Of a stretch of 18,417 nt of DNA, positions 1 to 9,600 are shown one piece after another. The DNA lies in NCBI GenBank assembly GCA_043228905.1, contig JBHGNT010000651.1, forward strand, positions 1 through 18,417, in the 5' to 3' direction. The notes below the pieces were generated by a model that was given only the letters and a program-made list of their open reading frames with translations, was not told the origin of the DNA and searched no databases. The position numbers were made by a program, and so were the translations under genes. This stretch comes from Azolla caroliniana (lineage: Eukaryota; Plantae; Polypodiophyta). The stretch's first letter is position 1; each line of letters begins with the position of its first letter.

Positions 1-360
1 GCATGGCTCGGCCCTTCGGGCGCGCTGTGTCTTGGGTCGAGCTGTGCACAGTTCGGCTCTTCGCATATATGTATGCTATCCCACACACGCATAGATGTGA
101 ATAAAAGTGTGTAAATATGTGTATACACATTCGAGTTCCCTTCCAACTCTTGGCACGGTTCGGCTTTTCGGCCGCGTCGCGTCTCGGGTTGACTCCTGTG
201 AATGGGTCAGCCCTTCGGCCGTGCCGTGTCTCTGGTCGGCTGTGCACGGTTCGGCTCTTCGGCCGCGCCGTGTCTCGGGTTGACTCCTGTGCACGGGTCG
301 GCCCTTCGGCCGCGCCGTGTCTCGGGTCGGCTCTTCGGCCGATTTCGGCTTTTCAGCCGA
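1..360. repeat. GC-rich imperfect tandem repeat of 44-47 bp units (consensus GCACGGKTCGGCYCTTCGGCCGCGCCGTGTCTCGGGTYGACTCCTGT), possibly the subterminal array of a DNA transposon
   Basis: About 1.5 units at 1-63 and about 4 units at ~152-345, separated by an AT-rich spacer (64-150). Most units contain the small inverted repeat CGGCY-CTTC-GGCCG. Transposon origin is inference only. Confidence 0.85.
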
Positions 361-367
361 CTCCCCC

Positions 368-407
368 GTAAGGTAAGGTAAGGTAAGGTAAGGTAAGGTA
401 AGGTGAG
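368..407 (+). repeat. (GTAAG)7 GTGAG pentanucleotide microsatellite
   Basis: Seven perfect GTAAG units at 368-402 plus GTGAG at 403-407, read directly. Confidence 0.97.
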
Positions 408-497
408 GGACAATTTTACACAACATTTTCTGCTGAGTAGTCTTTCTCATCTCATTCATCTTCCTCGCAAGATCGAAACCAAATTCGATTCCTTCCC

Positions 498-681
498 ATG
501 CCCTACTTTTCACCTCGTTTCTCTCTCAGGTGGGAGATCCAGGAGCGTCGTTTCCATCATTTGAATCGAAGCAGAAGATCTGCAGAAGAAACTGTTCTTT
601 CTTCCGCAGATTCTCCTACAAGCGTATTTCAAACCACGCTTTCAAGCACTATTTCGAGGTCAGATCTTGGCCTTCATACAG
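498..681 (+). CDS. lpxC: lpxC exon 1 (transit-peptide-like N-terminus + QTTL...GLHTG)
   Basis: ATG at 498; [12 protein letters not shown]...[19 protein letters not shown]; phase-1 donor G|GTATGC at 682. The start is uncertain because a strong acceptor lies at 528-529. Confidence 0.85.
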
Positions 682-3600
682 GTATGCTTGTTGGTTTTTA
701 TTCTCGTTCTCAGTCGGCCTTGATCTTGCTCCAATCCAAGCTGTTTTTTGTTTCTTCTAGGTTGTTTTGTTATTGTTAGTGAGGTTGGTTTCTTTGTCCT
801 TTTCGTGGTCTCATTCTCAATGACGATTTCAAGAACCATTTGTCACAGGAATCAGATCTTCTCTGAAGCTCATTCCAGCTGCTGCTGGTGAAGGCCGCTA
901 CTTTGTGCATGTTTCTGATTATGCGAGGAGAAAATCCAGAAGAAAACAATGAAGAAGTTGATGAAAGGGAAGAGAAAACGCTTCCTGCTTCCATATGCGA
1001 ATGTTGAGGATACAACTTTGTGTACTACGTTAAGCTCAGGGAAAGTTAAGATTCGAACTGTGGAGCATGTTATTTCTGCTTTGGAAGGCCTTGGCATTGA
1101 CAACTGCAGAATGGAACTTGAAGGAGGAAATGAGGTAAGGTTGGAAAAATCCATGTTTTTTAAATGAGAACCATTGTCTACTCTTTTGCTAGCACGTGGG
1201 CAGAAGTGTTTGTCAAGCACTTTTATGTCCGTTACAACTGCATCAACACGCAATATGAACTGTGCTTAACTATCTAACCTTGCTCACTTAATGAATGATA
1301 CAGTAGTTATGCTAAACAACCACTTATTTAACTTAGCACCATAAGTAATGAAAAATACACTTCACAAAAAAGGACACTTATGTCAATCATGGATTTCCAA
1401 GCTCATACAAGGAGATAATAAATGCTAGGCAAAGTATAAAGTGCTTAGTACTAATCCATTAGTGGAGATAGAGAGAGAAGAAAAGAAGCTAAAGGGGAGC
1501 TCAAGTGTAGAGAAGGAGAAGCATCCTTGATGGCTAATTCATTAGTTTTTATACCTCTTTACAACTTGGGTCTCTTAGTGTGTCCGTTTCCTTGGAAAAA
1601 GTTCATAGCCATAGTTTTACCTTCTTACATGTTTATTGATATTGAAAGTGGCAAGATTATGAATAAATGGAGTAGCCTGTTATTAAGTCCACAGTGACAT
1701 TGGGTAGGCTCCTTCCATGTGAAGTTATTAAAATACTTCCAAGGCAATTAAATAGGAAAGTACTAATGGGCTTGTCATTGCTAAATTCAATGACACTATG
1801 CAGTGGATAATCTTTATAATAAGGGGGGACGAGAGGCGTCATATAAGGACTCCATGACATTGGCAAAATCAAAATATTGACCGGAGAAGTATATATTTAA
1901 GAAAAAAACATTTTCCTGCGAAGGAGTTTATTTAGTGTGTTTCTGCTATTCTTGCACATCTGAACTGGTTCATTTGTCAAACATATAAGACCGTTTGAGT
2001 TCCTTCACACAGTTATCAGCTATGAGAGCAGTAGGTCTAGCAATTGTGTTAAAATCTTATAATTTAAATAGTATTTTAGGCATTTGCCTCTGAAATATAA
2101 TGTTAGATTAGCTGGCTCATTCTGGATGTTATGTGTGATAAAACACATACTATTGAAGAATGCTTCCCTTGATACCAATTCTGATGTGCAGTTTTCAGCT
2201 ATCAAAACTCAATGGTTCTCTTTTTGTCCAAGTGATATCTCAAAGTATGAAATTGACATTGCACCTGCCAGAACTTTTGGTATTGCTGAGCAGGTTAGTA
2301 GATTCGGACGCATTTAGCAATCATGTTTACAACTTCCGTGATCTTGCTCTTCTAATTCATGATAATATGGCCCATTTAAGCTCCAGATCCTCGAGCATTT
2401 TGGGACTTTTATCATTTTTTCTTTTCTTGAAAGTGTTATTTTTGACTTTTGACTCATAGTGATGTTATGTCTTTTTGAATAGAATATGGTTTGTGAATTC
2501 ATTTCAGTCAACTATTTGTTTTTATGTTGATTTCTTGTTGAGTTGATTAGTGATCTGGTTTGATTTGGTGGTTTGGCTGGTTTGCACCTTTGTTAGGAAA
2601 GGTTGGATTAAGAACAAGAAGGATTGCTGGTGCACCCAAATGTGTACAAGAGCACCTATGGTTAAGACTGATAGGATGATATATTATGATTAACATTTCA
2701 GGAATATTTTGAAGAAAAGTTGATATAATCCCCCCTCCCATATAAAATATGTCATAATCATAGCATAGTTTAGACTGAAGAGCTAACTCCAGACTTGCAC
2801 TCTTTATCATCTTTATTATCTCTCATCTACGATTTCTCTTCCTAGATTCTTCTCTCTAGAACTGGCAAGTCTTTAAATGCCTTCACTCTCTTTCACGTTT
2901 CCAATATTATTCCCTCTTATTCCTCATTTATTGCATCTGTTTGGTTGTACAAGAGTTACATAACTACCAAACAACCACTTTACCTTTTCCCCATTTATGT
3001 AGGCTATACCAGCTTCTTTTGTAAAAACTTTATTTTTTTGCTACTTGCAAACAGGCTCTGCTCTTTGGCTGTGTCTACTTTATGCAACTATTTTGCTACT
3101 GCTGTCTAACAGCCTTCTCACAACGCAGGCTGTTTCTATTTTTTTTTCCTTCCAACTGTTCCGCTGCTACAATTAACAGATTTTCTTGCATGGTATCAGA
3201 GCTGTGAGCTCCCCATAGCCTTAGTCTGATTTTTCGCTGAAGAGCACACAAGTCTATCTTCTTTTATCCCATCCTTAAACGGAGTTATCTATTCTTTGTA
3301 GCTTCCCACCCAACCCTAAAGAGGAGGTTCTCTTACCAGCCACCCTCCCAACCTAGAGAGGAGGTTATCCCTAGCATCTAGGGAGGAGTAGAAAGACCAT
3401 GAGCATCTACTTACAGCTGCTGTAAACAGTCCAGTTGTAGCTCAAGAGGAGGATATCCATAGCCTCACATGCCATCATTGTTTTGTCAACCATTCCCCAA
3501 TCCCCGAAGAGTCCATCTTGGATGGGAACAATTACTTGGATTGGGAATTGCAAATAAAGGCCTTGCTACAATACTATCGTCTATGGAATGTAGTCAACAG

Positions 3601-6600
3601 TAGTGAGAAGAAACCACTGGTAACTTCATCTTCTTCAACCACATCAGTTTCTGGTTCATCTAAAGCTGAGATTGAAGCTTGGCTAGATAAGGATTCTTGT
3701 GGTCATGCTTTCCTCATGTTTAATATTAAACCTAGCATTGCCCGTCAATTTCAAGATAAAGGTGAAGAGACAGCCAACGACCCATTGACAGCCATCAAAA
3801 GCAGGTATCATAGAGCGAATCACGTTCAAATGATAGCTATTGAGGGTGAACTACCACATCTCAAGATTCATGAGACTCCAAACATCATGGATCAAATCAC
3901 ACGTTTTGTTACTCTACAAAAGCAGCTAGTTCCTTGTGAAGCAAGTCAACTAAAGCTGAGTTCATGCATCGTCTACGGATCAAGTTGCTTGAATCATTCT
4001 CATCCTTTTGTGACACAATTTCTCTTCTTCCAAACACACTTCATATGAATACATTTTCTGGCATGCTTTTAAGACAGGGCCACAAGGAAGTAAAGTGCTC
4101 AAAACTCTAATCAAATACTTCTCCATGCCAAAAGTAAAGGAAAGTGGAAGCACAACAACAACTTCTTCAACAAACCCAATCCAAGATGAGCAATCAACCC
4201 AGTCTACAAGGAGCTCACTTGTCATTATTGTGGTTACAAAGATCACATTCAGATTCTTTGTTGGAAAAACAAAAAAGCCAAGAAGTCTTCTTCTACCAAA
4301 ATTCAGCCTACACCAAAATCAAACTCAGCCCACTCAGCCAAAGAAACAGGTTTCCTTGGCATTGAAGAACATTCTTCACATTTAGTTGGACCAACTACCT
4401 CAACCTTTAATAAGTGGCTAGTAGACATTGGTGCTATTGCACACATGACTTATGACAAATCTATTTTGCATGATGTCAAACCTAGCTCCTCCCCAATCTC
4501 TATAGGAGATGTCTCAAGCATTGAGGCTTCTTGTTGGTAATGTGTTTTTAACACTTCTTCCAATGACGAACCTATCGTTCTTCAAGATGTGCTACATGTG
4601 CATTGTGTCTTTACCAATTTACTTCTACTCTTCTGAATAACAAAGTAAGGTATGGTGTCTACTTTGATAGCTCAATTTTTGAAGTCATTGACACCAACAA
4701 CTTACAAATTGCAGCTAGTGGCAAACAAGAAGGGGGTTTATTCCACTTGAAAAGTTCCCATAGCCCCTTGGAAAAATCCAAATTTCATCTTCTTCAAGTA
4801 CTTCAAGGCTGTCATGTCTTGGTGGCACAAGATCCCACATTGTGATATGCTTGGTTTTGGTCATCTTAACTACGACTCTCTTCAAAAGCTCTCCTCTTCG
4901 CAACTAGTTGAGGGTCTTTTGCTTTTCAAAGCTCCCAATACCTGTGTTGCTAATCTTCATGGTAAGCAACTTTGAGATCATTTCCCTCATCAACCCATTC
5001 ACTATACAACATCTAACTTGGAGTTAAAGCACATGGATCTTTGTTATCCATTGAAAACCACTACTCTTGGTGGTGCATGTTATTTCATGCTCATCATTAA
5101 TGATTTTTTCACGTAAGGTGAAGCTATCAACAAAACAGTTTACATCATCAACTAAACTAAAGCAGGTGATGCAATGACCCTTGTAGAAGCATTTACAAGT
5201 GTAAAACCCTCAGCTTCTCATTTAAAAGTCTTTGGTTGTGATGCTTATGTTCACATTCAGATAATAAAAGGACTAAATTTATGTCCAAAACTAAGAAATG
5301 CAAGTTCCTTGATCACCACACGCAATCTAAACCTTACATGTTATGGGATCTATAATCAAACTCTCTAGGGATGTTCATTTTGTGGAGTTTAAGTTGGATG
5401 GCTCTAGGATTTTACGTGAGTTTACGGTTGAAATCCCAGCTAGTCTAGAATCTGCTATTCCAAACGAAGATGTCTCACTGTCAAGCCCCCCATCTCCTCC
5501 AACTCTCACTCACCCTCAAACTCACCTCCCACTTAGACCTCTCCCTCAAGTCCAATTGTTTCCCCTCCCTCGACGCACTAGCCTCCACCATTTCTAATGT
5601 GGCTTCCAGCCACCAATCAAGATTCCCATCTCTTCGATGCTGAACTTCATGAGTATACAACTGGTTCTCTTTCCAACATGAGAACACTCAGGTCACAATG
5701 GACTCTTCACTCATGCAACTTGCCTTACTATGTCTTGTTGTACAATCACAAGAACCCACTACAACAAAAGATGCTCTTGTTTTTTTGGAATGGAAAGTGG
5801 CAATGGAAGTTGAACTCGATTGCATTGAGCAGAATCACTCATGGGAACTGGTTTGTCGGCCTCAACATAGGCAAGTCATTGTACTGAAATGGTTTTCCAA
5901 GACCAAGCAAGTACCATGTTGATGGTACGTTGGATAAGCATAAGGCATGCTTAGTTGCAAACGGCTACTCACAAGTGGAAGGAGTGGATTGTGAGATAAC
6001 CTTTGTTCCAATAGCAAGGTGCACCTCTATTCAATGTGCTTTCACACTTGCTACTCACAACAAATGGCCTTCTTTGAAATGGATGTTTAGTCAGCCTTCT
6101 TTAATGGTGACTTGGAAAAGGAAGTTTATGTAGAACAACCTCTCGGTTTGGAGATTTCAGAGTGGGAAAACATGCTCTATATGTTACACAAAGCCTTGTA
6201 TGGCTTAGAGCAAGCTCCCAAAACTTGGTATGACAAAATTAATACATTGTTTATCTCTCTTGGGTTTCAACACTTATGTTGACAACAATCTCTATGTATT
6301 TTCCCAAGATGATTTGTTATTCTTGCTCTTATTATGTTGATGACCTAGTTACAGGGTCCCTTGCTTCTAAAATAGAACAACTCTGCACTGACCTCAAAAC
6401 CACATTTGAAATGAATGATGTAGGACTTCTCCATCACTTCTTAGATACGTGGAGATCTATCTATCACTTGTGACATCTTCCTCGGCCAACATAGGTGTCT
6501 TAAACAGCTCCTTAAACCTATGGCATGTCAGATTGCAGGCACTTTCATGTCCTATGGATTCAAACTCAAAGCTTTCTTGTGAAGATGATTCTCTCATAAT

Positions 6601-9600
6601 TTGAAGATATCACAAAATATAGAAGGTTAATTGGGTCTCTTCGTCACTTAACTTACACCAAGCCTGATTTGTCCTATATTGTTAGTAGCCAACTCTCAAG
6701 TGCTCCAAGACAAAGTCCTATATTGTCCTATATTCGAGTTCTTAGGTACTTGGCCTACACACTCGAATATGGTCTCTTTTTTTGAGGTGGCATTGAGCTT
6801 GTTGGCCACTCAGATGCTGATTGGGCAGGTGACAATGATTCTAGATAGTCACATCCGACTATTGTTTTGAGCTAGGCTCCAGCTTAATTTCTTGGAAATG
6901 AGAGAAACAAATTTCAATTTCTACTTCATGGACCAAAGCTGAATATGGAGCCTATTTGGATACTTGTTGTGAGTAACTTTGGTTAATGCAACCACGTCTG
7001 ATTATCATTTCGAGCTAGGCTCCGGCTTAATATCTTGGAAATGAAAGAAGCAAATTTCAGTTTCTACTTCATCAATCAAAGCTGAATATGGAGCCTATTT
7101 GGATACTCGTTGTGAGTAACTTTGGTTAATGCAACCACTTTGTCACATCTATGTTTTGCAAGACTCTTATTCAAGTCTTCATTGACAACCAAAGTCTCTG
7201 TGCATTGACACATAGCTCAACATTTCATGGTAGAAAGAAACATATTGAAGTGCACTAACATTTTTTTGTGAAGTAATGAAATCACAAGCCATCAACTTGG
7301 CCTATTTTCCTATTCAAGAAAATGTGACTGATTTGTTTACTAATCCACTTCCAAGGGAAGCCATTGATCAGCTCCTCAGTCGACTCAATGTTGAACCGCT
7401 GTCCTGGACTTGAGAGGAGGTGGTAGAGGTCTCTTTCATTTTTGTCATCTCTCCTCTATGTTCTCTCGCTTTCTAGATTCTTCTTTCTCTAGAATCTATA
7501 ACTCTTTAAATGCCTTCTCTCTCTTTCACTTTTCTCCAATTTTGTATAAATAGACTATACCAGCATCTTTCGTAAAATCTTTATTTTTGCTGCTAGTTGC
7601 AAAGAGACTCTGCTCTGACTGTGTCACTAATTTTTGCAACTATTTTGGCTACTCCCTCTCACAACTTCGATGTGTCTATTTTTTCTTCCAATTGTTCCGC
7701 TGCTGCTATTAACAGCTTTTCTCACGAATATGCCCTCTTTGGACCGTACATCTGAGATAGTGGACTACATCACATGTGGAAGGGCAGGGAATCAACATTT
7801 TAGATATACGCACCACATTCTTCTTTACGCTGATGACATATTCGTGGTCTCTGAATGACATTTAGATCTTGATCATAACAAGCACCTTTAGTATGAAGCA
7901 AGGATGCTCACTCTTCCTCCGCCCTACACTCTTGAGACTCTACATCAATGAGGGAGTCGACTGTAGTAGTTTTATCTGTCCACATTCTTCTTTACAGTGA
8001 TGACATAATCATGGTCTTTGAATTTCGTCTAGATCTACAAAATCTCGTGTAGGTCTTTGAGACGAGCATAGGTAGATAATCCTGGTCTATGTGCACAATG
8101 CCTGAGTTTATTATCCTGTTCCTCTGAAATTGATGTCTAAGTTACTCAGCTAGTACCCGTTTATGTCAAGGTGGAAGATATTTGGATAGGTATACAAATC
8201 CATCTAGCTGATGGCATGTATTCTTCCATGAAGGAGAAGATGTGTGACGACTTCAGAATGGAGAGGTAGGATGTTTGAATGATGGTTTGTAACACTGAAA
8301 TACAAAGTGTTTTGGACTGTGGCTCCTGGCACTATGAGCATTTGTGTGTCATTATTGTTTATGCGATCTTAAAGTGATACTCAAAATCTCAGACATTAAA
8401 ATAGAACTTGATCTGAAAGTGATACTCAAATTCTCGGTCATTAGCATAGAACTTTAACGTCCTAGTGAGCTGTTTTTCGAAGTAAGAATTTACTATTCTG
8501 TTATCGATTTCTTTTGTAGATGGGTGAATGCTGATATAAACTCGTCCAACAAAATGTTAGATGGTGACTGCCCCAAAACTGATTTTTACCTTTTGCAATC
8601 TCTCTCTATGTGCATGTTTCCTCGCTCTAGATTTACTTTACTCCAGCATTTATTACAGTTAACTTTTATAACCTACCACTACATTGCAACGTTCAATGCA
8701 TTGTTCTTTTCTCTCCATCCCTGCATTCACTCATTATGTGCCTAGGAATATTTTATCTCCTTTCATAAATGCACGTGTTACAAAACCCTCTTTGCTTTGA
8801 GCCTCACAAAGAAATAGAGTACTTGTTTCAGCTTATTGTTAAGATGCTGCTTGCCTCTTGGGCATCTTACAACTGTTCATAACATTTTTCTCATGCAAAC
8901 GAATGGTAGTAACCAGATTGTCATTTATGTACGTGTTACAAAACCCTCTTTGCTTTGAGCCTCACGAAGAAATAGAGTTCTTGTTTCAGCTTATTGTTAA
9001 GATGCTGCTTGCCTCTTGGGCATCTTACAACTGTTCATAACATTTTTCTCATGCAAACGAATGGTAGTAACCAGATTGTCATTTATGTACGTGTTACAAA
9101 ACCCTCTTTGCTTTGAGCCTCACGAAGAAATAGAGTTCTTGTTTCAGCTTATTGTTAAGAATCAAGATGCTGCTTGCCTCTTGGGCATCTTACAACTGTT
9201 CATAACATTTTTCTCATGCAAACGAATGGTAGTAACCAGATTGTCATTTATGTACGTGTTACAAAACCCTCTTTGCTTTGAGCCTCACGAAGAAATAGAG
9301 TTCTTGTTTCAGCTTATTGTTAAGAATCAAGATGCTGCTTGCCTCTTGGGCATCTTACAACTGTTCATAACATTTTTCTCATGCAAACGAATTGTAGTAA
9401 CCAGATTGTCATTTATGTACATGAATGGCTGTTTGTGTATATTTAATTATTTGAACATATCCACACAATATTCTTGCAGATTGGAAAGTTGCTATCTGCT
9501 GGTCTCATTAAAGGTGGTTCTATGGATAATGCAATAGTTTGCAGGTTGTTTACATGTCTAACTTTTGTGAGTTATTTTCTATGTGCTCTGCTTTTTGAAA

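Larger units (their letters stand above)
2750..7726 (+). mobile_element. Degenerate Ty1/Copia LTR retrotransposon in an lpxC intron
   Basis: Two related LTRs, PBS TGGTATCAGAGC, gag-PR-IN-RT-RNaseH order (Copia order) and a PPT. Many stops and frameshifts. Left boundary uncertain (2750-2800); candidate AATAT TSD at 2746-2750 and 7727-7731 is weak. Confidence 0.95.

Noticed and set aside
368-407. Telomeric repeat interpretation of (TAAGG)n
   Set aside because: It matches neither TTTAGGG nor TTAGG, and plant-type CCCTAAA occurs elsewhere in the window.
76-513. 145-aa and 68-aa minus-strand ORFs
   Set aside because: They are translations of the GC-rich repeat and (CTTAC)n (LTLPY repeats), with no protein-family signal.
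905-972. A mini-intron that would bypass both exon-2 frameshifts
   Set aside because: Frame-restoring GT..AG pairs are short and purine-rich with no pyrimidine tract, and using them would lose the conserved LPASI motif.
1521-1540. ILDG (and LDGS at ~5394) as the missing LpxC DGSA exon
   Set aside because: The first is followed immediately by a stop and lacks an acceptor. The second lies inside Copia pol and is out of order.
1225-1859. Solo LTR in lpxC intron 2
   Set aside because: LTR-like composition and a TGTCA terminus on the minus strand, but I found no matching TSD or second terminus, so it is not called as a feature.
8764-9420. CRISPR-like array
   Set aside because: Units are contiguous and near-identical with no unique spacers, the context is eukaryotic, and no cas genes are present.
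8858-9537. 60-aa and 173-aa repetitive ORFs
   Set aside because: By-products of the tandem array (165 bp = 55 codons). They overlap the real lpxC exon in a different frame.
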